From: Calditrichales bacterium
GTDB lineage: Bacteria > Calditrichota > Calditrichia > Calditrichales > J004
Direction: 5' to 3'
DNA: 64,000 nt
Assembly: GCA_965267575.1 (NCBI GenBank)
Contig: OZ254086.1
Coordinates: 64,001 to 128,000 of the forward strand
A program made the position numbers and the translations under genes. The notes below the pieces were generated by a model. That model was not told the DNA's origin. It ran no database searches and was given only the letters and a program-made list of their open reading frames with translations. Below are positions 50,762-60,760 of the stretch, one piece after another; position 1 is the stretch's first letter, and each line of letters opens with the position of its first letter.

Positions 50762-51604
50762 ATGAGTATTACGATCCCCGTAATTTTTCTTGCCGCTCTA
50801 AGTCTTTTGCTGGCCCTTGTACTGGTTATTGCCAACCGCCGTTTCTGGGTATATGAAGATCCGCGCATCGATACCGTGACAGACCTACTGCCCGGCGCCA
50901 ATTGCGGTGCCTGTGGCCAGCCCGGTTGCCGTGCTTTTGCCGAAGTGGTTGTGGCGGGCAAAGCGCAGCCCAGCCTGTGTACCGTGGGCGGCGCGGAAAC
51001 AGCGGAAGAAGTGGCCAATTTCCTGGGCATTGATCCCGGTTCCAGTGTCCGCAAAGTGGCGCGATTGCATTGTGCCGGAGGCAAGGACGTTACCCGCCAG
51101 GACGCGCTCTATGCCGGATACGAATCGTGCCGCGGTGCCGCTCTTGTGGCCGGTGGTCCCAAATCGTGCCGCTGGGGATGTATTGGCCTGGGCGACTGCG
51201 AGATCGCCTGCACCTTTGGCGCCATCTCGATGATGCCCAATGGATTGCCTTTTGTAAATGCCGCCAAATGCACCGCCTGTAACGACTGCGTTGAGATTTG
51301 CCCCAAAGAGCTGTTTACCCTGATGCCGCTGAACCAGCAACTTCTGGTGCAATGCAAAAGCGAGCTGGAGGGCGACGACGTTCTGGAGGCCTGCAAGGTG
51401 GGCTGCACCGGTTGCAGCCGCTGCGCCGCAGACGCCCCCGAAGGCCTGATCACCATGAAAAACAATCTGCCTGTTATCAATACGGACATGCTGGACCAGG
51501 AAACGGAGCTGGCCACGCTGCGCTGCCCCACAAATTCCATCGTCTGGATAAACGGTCAGCAATTTCCGGAAAAGGTCCGACAAACTACCGGTGAAGAATC
51601 ATGA
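50762..51604 (+). CDS. rnfB: Rnf complex subunit B
   Basis: N-terminal TM, LPGANCGACGQPGC, and multiple ferredoxin motifs. Confidence 0.92.
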   Translation: MSITIPVIFLAALSLLLALVLVIANRRFWVYEDPRIDTVTDLLPGANCGACGQPGCRAFAEVVVAGKAQPSLCTVGGAETAEEVANFLGIDPGSSVRKVARLHCAGGKDVTRQDALYAGYESCRGAALVAGGPKSCRWGCIGLGDCEIACTFGAISMMPNGLPFVNAAKCTACNDCVEICPKELFTLMPLNQQLLVQCKSELEGDDVLEACKVGCTGCSRCAADAPEGLITMKNNLPVINTDMLDQETELATLRCPTNSIVWINGQQFPEKVRQTTGEES

Positions 51605-54600
51605 AATCCTTTTTGAAACGCTCTGAAAAGAAAACCGAAACGGTTACCCGGATTGCTTCCGGACGCGAGCTGGCCGGCTATCTTTTGGAGAAAGCCGCCG
51701 TAAAGCTTTACGATGGCGCGCAAGCCGACCGGGCCGTAACTGCTGCCCTCTCCGGCATGTCCTGCGCCGTGCAAACAGAGACAAGCAGCCGTGCGATTGC
51801 CGCACTGCAACGCTCCGTCGAATTGCGCAGCCCGGTTATCTGGCTGCTAAAAGACGCCACCTTCAGCGATATCGCTTTACCGCCACAGGCCTGGGCTGCC
51901 GTGTTTTATGCATCCGGCGTGGAAGAGTACCGCGATATGCTGCTGCTGGCACTGGCGCTGCAAAAAAGTAACATGCCCGTCGTGGTGGTCTGTGACGCGG
52001 CTACGGTTTATGACGCGCCGGCCACGGTGGGCTGGCCGCAGGATGCCTGGATCAGAGCCATCAGCGAAACGGATGATAAAAGCTCGCGGCTTCTGGATAT
52101 TACCCGGGCCGCCGGTATTGGCCAAGAAGATGATGACTGGCGCCGCCTGCGCCGGCAAAACGCGCGGCATAGCATGCTGTTTGACACCCTGCATGAAACA
52201 ATCGAACAGGCTATTGAAAAAGTAAAACAGTTAACCGGCAAAAACATTGAACCGCTTGCCGTTAACGGCGCTGGGGCGACGGCCATAGCTTCCTGCAAAT
52301 TTATCCCTTTCACAAAAGCGCAACAAAAGAAAACCGCCTTTCTGACCGTCAACCTCTGGTATCCGTTTCCGCAATCTCAACTGGCTGAACAACTGCAGGA
52401 TTTCAAGGCAGTCGCTGTGTTGGAAGAAGCCGGCAGCGATGCTTTCCAGCAAAAGGCGTATAGTTGCCTGGTGTACTCAAAAAAACAACCGGCTTGGGCT
52501 AACGGCTTTTATGTTCCGGCTATGCTGGATGAAAACGGCAGCGCCGCGGTCATCGCCCGGCTCAAAGCCATCGAGCCCGGCAGCAGAGACGAGTTTTATT
52601 TAACGCCGCACACGCCGTCGGACCTGCGCCTCTACCCGCTGGCCGAAGCCGCGCGTCAATGGCTGCAAAGATACTATCCGCAGGCCCTGCGCCGCATGCT
52701 TCCCGCCGAAAAGGCGTCAGCCGATAGCGAAAATGATGTTTTAAAAATTGATTGTTACCTGCCGGCTTACCTGCATTGGGAAAAGGCTATCGCTTTGTTT
52801 GCGCAGACGTTGAATGGCCTGGAAACGGGAACCGTGCGCAGCCGTCTGTGGCGCCTGGACAGTGCTATGCTGCCGTCGATACGGTTCCGGCTGGAAATAG
52901 ACAAACCGGCGCAGGGCACTATCACTTCAGGGCGTATTGTGCTGTGTCATGGCAACACGCTGTCGGGCATGATTCCGGTAAGGGCCGATGACCGTGCCTG
53001 GCTTTTCTCCGGTGACTTTGATGATGAAACCTTGTGGCACAGCCTCAACGACCATCAGCGCAAGACGCTGGCCGGGCAGAAGATAGCTTTGCTGCGTGCC
53101 GACGCGACAACGATGCTATCCGAAATCATGCTGCCGGGGCAGCGGCCTTACCTGGAGCCGCTGCTGGCCATCTGCGCCTGGCAGATCCACAACGGCTGGC
53201 TGATGGGTGACCCGGAAAAAAACAGCTCCTGGAGCAAGGCGGTCAACCGGATTTACGGCGCCAACCGCAAAGAGGTGTTTGCATTGATACGCCGGACCGA
53301 AGAGGCGCTGCATGAACTGCCCGTCTCCGAGCTGCCGGCCTTTGAAACGCTGACCCGCTTTGAAGATACTGCGCCCTGGAATTTTGACGGCAACGACGCG
53401 CTGCAGACGCGCTTTTGGGAGAACGAGGGCTACTTTTATCAAAAAGGACGACCCGACATCCCCCTGGTTGCGGAGCATGATACATCCGCTGCTTTGGCGG
53501 CGGGCACGGCAGCCATGCGCGATTATTTCAGCGGCCGGCGCAACCACCCCGCGCTGATCCCTGAAAATTGTACGGCATGCGGCCAGTGCTGGGCGCGCTG
53601 TCCGGATTCCGCTTTGCCGGCGGCCCTGTTCTCCAGCGCCGATATGCTCGAGGCCATGTTCAAACGCGCCTCGCAAAAAAACACATTCCTGCATCTGCCG
53701 CGCCTGCAAAAGCAATGGGCGCAACTGATGCACAAAGCAATCAAAAATGACGGGCTAAATGCTTACCGCTACAGCGGGCCGCTTTTGAAGGACAGCTTTG
53801 AGACGCTGCTGGAAAAACTGGCGCCCGATGAAGACAAAAAGGTGGCCATGCTCGACGAATACGGCAAGGCGACCAGCGGCTGGACGGAAATGCCGGTTGT
53901 AAAAAGCGAACGCTGGTTTGACGGGCCGGAAAACGAGACAAAAGGCAGCGGCCGGCTGATGACCATCACGCTGAACCCCAATGCCTGCAAGGAGTGCCTG
54001 GCCTGTATCGATGCCTGCCCCGATAACGCGCTGGAAAGCGTGGTACAGGGTGAAAACGAACGCACACTCCTGAAACAGAATTTTAGCAACACGCTGGAAC
54101 TCTCCCCTTACGGCGGGGACACGGACGATACGCTGTTCCGCATGCAGCGCCCGGAAAGCTACTTTACGCTTAGCGGAGGCGACAATGCCCTGCCCGGAAG
54201 CGGCGGCAAAAGCGCGCTGCACCTGCTGCTGGCCGGGATGGCCCGCAAAGGCATCAACAAGCGCGAACAGCTGGAAAACGAAGTGGGCGCGCTGCTTAAA
54301 AAGCTGGATGAGCTGATTGCCGGTAACGTGCAGCAAACGCTGAAGATCAATGAGTTGGATGAGTTCGCGCGGCGCCTTGCCGGTTTACAAAAAGGCGAAC
54401 TGAGCAGCGAAAAACTGCGCGAGCTGGCCGACAATCCGCCGCCCGATGAAGAGCGGCTGAAAAAACTGGCCGAACTGCGCAACCGTTTGGGCGACTGGCA
54501 TAAACGCCTGCTGCCTGAAGGTAATGACGGCCATGTTCTGGCGCCGTTTACCATGGCGCTGGCTGCCGGCACAAACCTGCATTGGGCGGAAAAGTATCCT

Positions 54601-55746
54601 TACAATCCTTTTAATGTGCCCTGGCTGCTGGCCGGTGATGATCCCGCGGCTGACCTGCGCGGCATGCAGGATGCCACCAATCGGCAGATGGGACAACTTT
54701 ACGCACTGATGCAACAGGCCGAAGACGCGCTGCAGGATATTTTTGATGAACAGGATGATGCGCATCTCGTCCCGGCAAAATGGACGGAAAGGCAAAAGAG
54801 CCTGGTGCCGCCCGTCCTGCTGGTGTGTGAACGCTCCACGTTGGATCATATTTCTTCCGCGGGGCTGCAGGAGATGTTTGGCAAAGGGCAATCGGCAACG
54901 CTTGCTTTGATTGATGACCTGAACGGAAGTGGTGGCGACGCTTTGGTTTCGATGGCTTTGCAAAACAAGGCGCAATTTGTACAGGCCACGGCGGCCTATC
55001 CGGAGCACCTTTTGGAAAGCATCGCCAAGCTGGATACGCTGCAACCGGCCGTTTTGCGGCTTTACGCCTGTGAACCGCTGCAACTGGGTCTGCCCTCGTA
55101 CGCCGCGCGGCAGATTGAAGAAAAGGCGGTGCGCAGCCGTGTCTTCCCGCTGATACATTTTGACGGCACGGAACTTAACCTGAAGGCTAATCCAGATCCT
55201 GAAAAACCATTCAGCGGGCCCGATGACAGGCCGTTCGGGCCGGGACAGTGGGCGCTTTACCATTTTGGCCCACAGCACTTCCGCCAGCCCACTGCCGCTG
55301 ACAGCGACGGTATCACGCTGCTGGAGGATTATCTCTCGCGCCAGCCGGACAAGCGCGACGGGCTGATCGCGGCGGTAAGCGTGCAGGAAGACGGCAAACG
55401 CCAAACCTGGATCGTGGATGACGATGTCATCACCCTGGCGGAAAATGCCGCGATACGCTGGCAGGCTCTGCAGGAAATGGCCGGCATTCGTGACCGCACA
55501 CTTCCCTTCTGGCAGGAAAAATGGAATAAGGAAAAAGAAGAAGCCCTGGCCCGCCAGAAAAGCGATCTGGAAGAAAGCTGGCAGCAAAAGCTGAATACGC
55601 TGGACCAACAGCACTTTGATGTCTACCATAAAAGACTGAGCGAGCGGCTGGCAAAAATCTACCAAAATCAGGGTGGTGTGCCGGCGGCGGAAAACCTGGC
55701 CCAGTGGCTGCGGCAACAAGAAGAAAACGGAAAAGGCAATGATTGA
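51601..55746 (+). CDS. Degenerate pyruvate:ferredoxin oxidoreductase-like protein with 2x[4Fe-4S] motifs
   Basis: PFOR-like layout (GTAAMRD, CTACGQCWARCPDSA, CKECLACIDACP, YPYNPFNVPW, AVRSRVFPL) without recognisable YPITP or GDG TPP motifs. Confidence 0.7.
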   Translation: MKSFLKRSEKKTETVTRIASGRELAGYLLEKAAVKLYDGAQADRAVTAALSGMSCAVQTETSSRAIAALQRSVELRSPVIWLLKDATFSDIALPPQAWAAVFYASGVEEYRDMLLLALALQKSNMPVVVVCDAATVYDAPATVGWPQDAWIRAISETDDKSSRLLDITRAAGIGQEDDDWRRLRRQNARHSMLFDTLHETIEQAIEKVKQLTGKNIEPLAVNGAGATAIASCKFIPFTKAQQKKTAFLTVNLWYPFPQSQLAEQLQDFKAVAVLEEAGSDAFQQKAYSCLVYSKKQPAWANGFYVPAMLDENGSAAVIARLKAIEPGSRDEFYLTPHTPSDLRLYPLAEAARQWLQRYYPQALRRMLPAEKASADSENDVLKIDCYLPAYLHWEKAIALFAQTLNGLETGTVRSRLWRLDSAMLPSIRFRLEIDKPAQGTITSGRIVLCHGNTLSGMIPVRADDRAWLFSGDFDDETLWHSLNDHQRKTLAGQKIALLRADATTMLSEIMLPGQRPYLEPLLAICAWQIHNGWLMGDPEKNSSWSKAVNRIYGANRKEVFALIRRTEEALHELPVSELPAFETLTRFEDTAPWNFDGNDALQTRFWENEGYFYQKGRPDIPLVAEHDTSAALAAGTAAMRDYFSGRRNHPALIPENCTACGQCWARCPDSALPAALFSSADMLEAMFKRASQKNTFLHLPRLQKQWAQLMHKAIKNDGLNAYRYSGPLLKDSFETLLEKLAPDEDKKVAMLDEYGKATSGWTEMPVVKSERWFDGPENETKGSGRLMTITLNPNACKECLACIDACPDNALESVVQGENERTLLKQNFSNTLELSPYGGDTDDTLFRMQRPESYFTLSGGDNALPGSGGKSALHLLLAGMARKGINKREQLENEVGALLKKLDELIAGNVQQTLKINELDEFARRLAGLQKGELSSEKLRELADNPPPDEERLKKLAELRNRLGDWHKRLLPEGNDGHVLAPFTMALAAGTNLHWAEKYPYNPFNVPWLLAGDDPAADLRGMQDATNRQMGQLYALMQQAEDALQDIFDEQDDAHLVPAKWTERQKSLVPPVLLVCERSTLDHISSAGLQEMFGKGQSATLALIDDLNGSGGDALVSMALQNKAQFVQATAAYPEHLLESIAKLDTLQPAVLRLYACEPLQLGLPSYAARQIEEKAVRSRVFPLIHFDGTELNLKANPDPEKPFSGPDDRPFGPGQWALYHFGPQHFRQPTAADSDGITLLEDYLSRQPDKRDGLIAAVSVQEDGKRQTWIVDDDVITLAENAAIRWQALQEMAGIRDRTLPFWQEKWNKEKEEALARQKSDLEESWQQKLNTLDQQHFDVYHKRLSERLAKIYQNQGGVPAAENLAQWLRQQEENGKGND

Positions 55747-57094
55747 TATTCTGCGTAAATCACTGAAAAAAACATTTCGCCACGGCATTCATCCCGGGGA
55801 CTTCAAGGACCTGACGCGGCACTTGCCGATTGAGCGCATGCCCTTTAGCGATGAGGTGGTCCTGCCGCTAAGCCAGCATGCCGGAGCGCCTTCGGAACCT
55901 TTGGTTAAAACCGGTGACAAGGTCTTTCGCGGGCAGATCATCGCCAGGCCGGTCGGTTTTGTTTCCACGGGCCTGCACGCTTCGATGACCGGGACGGTGA
56001 GCTCAATCGCCCTGAAAAACCATCCCGGCGGCAAGCTGGTTCAGTCGATCACGATCAAAAAGGACCCGCTTTCGCCGCAGCAGCTTTACAATTCGCACAG
56101 CACCGACTGGATGAACATGACGCCGGATGAGCTGATCGACATGATCCGTCACGCAGGATTTGTCGGTTTGGGCGGGGCTGCCTTCCCGACGCATGTCAAG
56201 CTTAAAGTGCCGGAAGGCAAAAAAGCGCGCTTTCTGATTGTGAACGGTGTGGAATGCGAACCTTACCTTACCAGCGACCATCGCGTGATGCTTGAGGAAG
56301 CCGACGATGTCTTTATGGGCATCCGCGTGTTGCAGCGTATTCTGGATGTGGAACGCGTTTACATCGGGATTGAGGATAACAAAGACGACGCTATCCGCTT
56401 TCTGCGCGAAAAGCTGCCGGATGACATGGCCGCCGAGGTGGTGGCCCTGAAAACCAAATATCCGCAGGGCGCCGAGAAAATGCTGATCGACGCGGTGCTG
56501 AAGCGCGAGGTTCCCAGCGGGCGGCTGCCCATTGATGTGGAAGTGGTGGTACAGAATGTGGGTACTATTTCCGGGATTGGCGCTTTGATGCGCGTGGGCC
56601 AGCCGCTGATCGAGAGGGTTGTAACCGTCACCGGCCCCGGCATTGAGCGTCCTGCCAACCTGATGGTGCCGCTGGGCACGGCGCTGCGTGATGTACTTGA
56701 CTATTGCGGCGGTTTGAAAGACAATACGCGGCAGGTGCTTTTTGGCGGCCCGATGATGGGAATGCCGCAAAGCCATCTCGATGTACCGATCATGAAAGGC
56801 ACGTCGGGTATTCTGTGTCTCACCGACCAGGAAAGCGGCTCGCGCGATGAATACCCCTGCATCCGCTGCCTGCGCTGCGTGGATGCCTGCCCGGTGTTTT
56901 TAAACCCCTGCCGTTTGGGCGCCCTGGCCAAATCCCGCGATTACGAAAGCATGCTCGATTTCCACGTATTAGATTGCGTGGAGTGCGGCTCCTGCTCCTA
57001 CGTCTGCCCGTCCAACATTCCGCTGGTGCAGCGTTTCCGTGTAGCCAAGGCGCTGCTACGCGAACAGCAGGCCAGACAAAAAAAGGCAAGTTAA
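55739..57094 (+). CDS. rnfC: Rnf complex subunit C
   Basis: QHAGAP, GLGGAAFPTHVK, NGVECEPYLTSD, YPQGAEK, GGPMMG, CIRCLRCVDACP, CVECGSCSYVCP. The ATG at 55739 overlaps the upstream stop. Confidence 0.95.
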   Translation: MIDILRKSLKKTFRHGIHPGDFKDLTRHLPIERMPFSDEVVLPLSQHAGAPSEPLVKTGDKVFRGQIIARPVGFVSTGLHASMTGTVSSIALKNHPGGKLVQSITIKKDPLSPQQLYNSHSTDWMNMTPDELIDMIRHAGFVGLGGAAFPTHVKLKVPEGKKARFLIVNGVECEPYLTSDHRVMLEEADDVFMGIRVLQRILDVERVYIGIEDNKDDAIRFLREKLPDDMAAEVVALKTKYPQGAEKMLIDAVLKREVPSGRLPIDVEVVVQNVGTISGIGALMRVGQPLIERVVTVTGPGIERPANLMVPLGTALRDVLDYCGGLKDNTRQVLFGGPMMGMPQSHLDVPIMKGTSGILCLTDQESGSRDEYPCIRCLRCVDACPVFLNPCRLGALAKSRDYESMLDFHVLDCVECGSCSYVCPSNIPLVQRFRVAKALLREQQARQKKAS

Positions 57095-58123
57095 ATGAAA
57101 CCGGATTCTGTAAAGCTTCTACTGACGACATCGCCCTACCTGAAATACGACGCCGATACACCCTACGTAATGCGTCATGTTATCTATGCCCTGATCCCGG
57201 CGTCGGTTGCCGGTATGTGGGTTTTTGGTATTAACGCGATTGTTTTGATTGCCACCTGTGTTATAAGCGCGGTGCTGACGGAATACGTTGCCCAACGCTG
57301 GGTGCGGAGGGTAAGACCCACCCTGCATGACGGCAGCGCGGTGCTGACCGGTCTGCTTCTGGCCCTGATCGTGCCGCCGGGGCTTCCGCTGTGGATGGCG
57401 GCAATAGGCTCGGTAGTCTCCATCGTTTTAGGTAAACTGATCTTTGGCGGGCTGGGCGGCAACATATTTAATCCCGCGCTGGTAGGACGTGCCTTTCTGC
57501 AGGCCTCTTTCCCCGTGGCGCTGACCACCTGGAGCGAGGCCGGTAACTGGAGCACCTTCACCGCCATAAAAGGAACACCTTTCGCGCTGCCTTTTGTGTA
57601 CTCTTCCGTGGACGGCATAAGCGGAGCCACGCCACTGGCAGCCATGAAATTTGAAGGCCAGCTCAGCGCCATCGGCGAGATGTTCTGGGGCAGCACATCG
57701 GGCTCGCTGGGAGAAACCGGCGCCGTCTGGCTTTTGCTGGGCGGTTTATACTTGGCCCTGCGCGGCTTTCTCAACTGGCGTATTCCCGTCGGCATATTTG
57801 CCACGGTTTTCCTTTTGTCGGCCGGGCTGCAGGCCATCGATCCGGTGAAATTCGCCCCGCCCCTGTTCCACCTGTTTGGCGGCGGCCTGATGCTGGGCGC
57901 CATTTACATGGCCACCGACCCGGTCAGTTCGCCGATTACCCAGAAGGGCTGCTGGTGGTTCGCCTTTGGCATAGGATTGCTGGTGGTGGTTATCCGCAAT
58001 TTTGGCGGCCTGCCCGAGGGCGTGATGTACGCCATCCTGTTGATGAACGGGCTTACCCCGTTAATCAATCGCGTAACGCACCGCCGTATTTATGGTGAAA
58101 AAGTGAAAGGATTCAGTTCATGA
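57095..58123 (+). CDS. rnfD: Rnf complex subunit D
   Basis: FGGLGGNIFNPA, FMN site SGATPL, MATDPVSSP. Confidence 0.95.
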   Translation: MKPDSVKLLLTTSPYLKYDADTPYVMRHVIYALIPASVAGMWVFGINAIVLIATCVISAVLTEYVAQRWVRRVRPTLHDGSAVLTGLLLALIVPPGLPLWMAAIGSVVSIVLGKLIFGGLGGNIFNPALVGRAFLQASFPVALTTWSEAGNWSTFTAIKGTPFALPFVYSSVDGISGATPLAAMKFEGQLSAIGEMFWGSTSGSLGETGAVWLLLGGLYLALRGFLNWRIPVGIFATVFLLSAGLQAIDPVKFAPPLFHLFGGGLMLGAIYMATDPVSSPITQKGCWWFAFGIGLLVVVIRNFGGLPEGVMYAILLMNGLTPLINRVTHRRIYGEKVKGFSS

Positions 58124-58821
58124 GTACGCCCGTGCCGCAGCAGGCGCCCAAAACGGGTTCGTCGAAAATGCTTCTTACCATGGGCAGCGTGGGCCTGCTG
58201 GCCGGTCTGCTGATCGTGGTCACCTTCCAGCTTACCCTGCCCCATATCGAGGCCAACGAAGCGGCCTACCTGGAAAAATCAATCTTTGATATTATACCGG
58301 GCGCGGTCAGCAAACAGGCTTTTCGCGTAAACGGTGACAACACGCTGACCCCGGTAAAGGACGACAAACAGGGCGGCTGGATTGTTTATGCCGGCTATGA
58401 CGACAAAGGCGATCTTGCCGGCGTTGCCATTGAAGCGCGCGACCAGGGTTTCCAGGATGTGATCCGTATTATCTACGCCTGGGCGCCGGACAAAGAAGAC
58501 ATCGTGGGTATGAAGGTTCTGCAAAGCACGGAAACGCCGGGCCTGGGCGACAAAATCGAAACCGATCCGGCATTCAGAGCAAACTTTGAAGCGCTGGATG
58601 CCCGCCTGAATGAGCAGGGTACGGGACTGATACAGCCCATCGTGATGGTAAAGGGAAACAAAACCGATGACTCGCAGATCAGCGCCATCACCGGGGCCAC
58701 CATTTCATCCCGCGCCATCGCCAAAATGATCGGCCAAAGCGCGGAAGAGGCTCTGCCCATCCTAAACAACAATCTCGAAACATTGCGACAAACTAATGAA
58801 AGAAGCCAAGATCAATCCTGA
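58120..58821 (+). CDS. rnfG: Rnf complex subunit G
   Basis: N-terminal TM, ETPGLG, FMN site ITGATISS. Confidence 0.93.
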   Translation: MSTPVPQQAPKTGSSKMLLTMGSVGLLAGLLIVVTFQLTLPHIEANEAAYLEKSIFDIIPGAVSKQAFRVNGDNTLTPVKDDKQGGWIVYAGYDDKGDLAGVAIEARDQGFQDVIRIIYAWAPDKEDIVGMKVLQSTETPGLGDKIETDPAFRANFEALDARLNEQGTGLIQPIVMVKGNKTDDSQISAITGATISSRAIAKMIGQSAEEALPILNNNLETLRQTNERSQDQS

Positions 58822-59455
58822 TATGGAGACCTTTGTAAAGGGTCTCTGGAAAGACAATCCCGTCTTCGTAATGCTGCTGGGCATGTGCCCCGTGCTGGCG
58901 GTAACCAACTCGGTAATTAACGCGCTGGTGATGGGCATCGCCACCACTTTCGTTTTGCTGATGTCCAACATCCTTGTTTCCTCGCTTCGCAAGGTAATCC
59001 CCAAGCAGGTACGCATCGCCACCTATATTCTGATTATCGCCACCTTTGTGACCGTGGCCGATTACACGATCAAAGCGGTCAGCCTGGAAGTTCACAAAAG
59101 CCTTGGCGCCTTTATCGCACTGATCGTGGTAAACTGCATGATCCTGGGACGCGCGGAAGCATTCGCCAGCAAAAATACGCTCGGCAAATCAATCCTGGAT
59201 GCGCTGGGCATGGGCACCGGATTTACCTTCGCCGTGCTGTGCCTGGGCATCGTGCGCGAGGTATTGGGTAGCGGCAGTTTCGCCGGCGTCGATTTGTTCG
59301 GTCCCAGTTTCGAGCCGCTAACCATTATGATTTTGCCGGGTGGCGCTTTCTTTGTTCTGGGTGCCTACCTGATGTGGTTCAGCGCTATCAAAAACCGTAA
59401 GGAGCGCCAGCGCAAAGCCGTTGAAGAAAAGCCGTTGTGGCAGGAAATGGAGTAA
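58796..59455 (+). CDS. rnfE: Rnf complex subunit E
   Basis: NPVFVMLLGMCPVLAVT, LIVVNCMILGRAEAFA. Confidence 0.95.
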   Translation: MKEAKINPDMETFVKGLWKDNPVFVMLLGMCPVLAVTNSVINALVMGIATTFVLLMSNILVSSLRKVIPKQVRIATYILIIATFVTVADYTIKAVSLEVHKSLGAFIALIVVNCMILGRAEAFASKNTLGKSILDALGMGTGFTFAVLCLGIVREVLGSGSFAGVDLFGPSFEPLTIMILPGGAFFVLGAYLMWFSAIKNRKERQRKAVEEKPLWQEME

Positions 59456-59457
59456 GC

Positions 59458-60042
59458 ATGGTTACGGAACAACTCTGGTTTATTTTTCTAAATGCCGCGC
59501 TGATTAACAACTTTGTGCTCAGCGCCTTTTTGGGTATTTGTCCTTTTCTCGGTGTTTCCGGCAAACTCGCCACCGCGGCACGTATGGGCATGGCTGTTTC
59601 TTTCGTGATGGTTGTCGCTTCCCTTTGCGCCTTCGGCATCCACCATGTTCTGGTGGCCATTGAGGCCGAGTATCTGCAGCTCATCTCGTATATCGTGGTG
59701 ATTGCCTCCACGGTACAGCTCGTGGAAATGGTTATCAAGAAAGTGAGTCCCGCGCTGTTCCGTGCTTTGGGGATTTTTCTCCCGCTGATCACGACAAATT
59801 GCGCCATCCTGGGGCTAGCCCTGTTTCAAACCAACCGTGGCTACGACTTTTTTCAGTCGATTGTCTTTGCCCTCGGCGCGGGGGCCGGTTTTACGCTGGC
59901 ACTGGTACTGATGGCCGGCATCCGTGAAGAGCTGCAACTGGCCCAAATTCCCGATGCCGTAAAGGGCGCGGCGCTTACACTGATGGTGGCCGGAATCTTG
60001 AGTATGGCCTTTATGGGCTTTGCCGGTCTCGGCGGACAATAG
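59458..60042 (+). CDS. rnfA: Rnf complex subunit A
   Basis: NNFVLSAFLGICPFLGVS, LPLITTNCAILG; ATG at 59458. Confidence 0.95.
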   Translation: MVTEQLWFIFLNAALINNFVLSAFLGICPFLGVSGKLATAARMGMAVSFVMVVASLCAFGIHHVLVAIEAEYLQLISYIVVIASTVQLVEMVIKKVSPALFRALGIFLPLITTNCAILGLALFQTNRGYDFFQSIVFALGAGAGFTLALVLMAGIREELQLAQIPDAVKGAALTLMVAGILSMAFMGFAGLGGQ

Positions 60043-60090
60043 AGGATGTGTTAAGGTGTTCATGATAATCTAAAAGCCGGTGACTATGCA

Positions 60091-60121
60091 ATTCCCCTCC
60101 AGGGAGGGGTTAGGGGTGGGT
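60091..60121. repeat. REP-like palindromic unit
   Basis: Intergenic ATTCCCCTCC-AG-GGAGGGGTTAGGGGTGGGT. Confidence 0.5.
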
Positions 60122-60188
60122 CCGTCGGCCCACTAATTCAAGCAACTCTGCAACCCTTGGTAATATAAAAGCCAGGAGGAAGGGAACT

Positions 60189-60650
60189 ATGAATAAGGTA
60201 GATAAGAAAATCGCGCAGGCCATTCATGATGAGCATGAAGCCATTAAAACAGAAATGGACAAGTTGCGCGAGATGATCGCCACATCCCCCGCGCAGGAGG
60301 CTTTTGCCGAATGGAAGCTGGAGCTGCTAATGCTGCTGCGCGATTTCGAGAGCGACCTGCAGAAACATTTTGACCTGGAAGAAGAAGGCGGTTTTATGAA
60401 AGATGTGCTGGACAAAGCGCCGCAAAAATGGCACGCCGTTTCACAGCTAAAAACGGAGCATGAAGCAATCAACGAAGAAATGAGCAATATTCTGAAAGAA
60501 CTGAAAGCGGCTGAGAACGCAAAGGACCTTAAAGTGGACTATGTCCGCGACAAGCTCAACGAAGTCCTTGATCTGATCGTAGCCCACGAAATGGCCGAAA
60601 ACGATTTGCTTAACAGTACCTACCTGCAGGATGACGGAATGGGGGATTAG
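60189..60650 (+). CDS. Hemerythrin (HHE) domain protein
   Basis: EHEAI...HFDLEEE...EHEAI...HEMAEN. Confidence 0.85.
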   Translation: MNKVDKKIAQAIHDEHEAIKTEMDKLREMIATSPAQEAFAEWKLELLMLLRDFESDLQKHFDLEEEGGFMKDVLDKAPQKWHAVSQLKTEHEAINEEMSNILKELKAAENAKDLKVDYVRDKLNEVLDLIVAHEMAENDLLNSTYLQDDGMGD

Positions 60651-60689
60651 ACAATTGAATTGTTGAAGTAATATATCTGTTTTTAATGC

Positions 60690-60719
60690 TGTAGAGACGC
60701 ACGGCCGTGCGTCTCTACA
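60690..60719. repeat. Perfect 30-bp GTAG-type REP palindrome between convergent genes
   Basis: TGTAGAGACGCACGG|CCGTGCGTCTCTACA. Confidence 0.8.
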
Positions 60720-60760
60720 CCTACCTTAACACCCTAACACATAAACACCTTAACGCACCA

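Noticed and set aside
45543-59807. Long - strand ORFs (e.g. 46290-47552, 47450-48505, 54385-55788, 56003-56776)
   Set aside because: Antisense shadows of well-supported GC-rich + strand genes, with no recognisable motifs.
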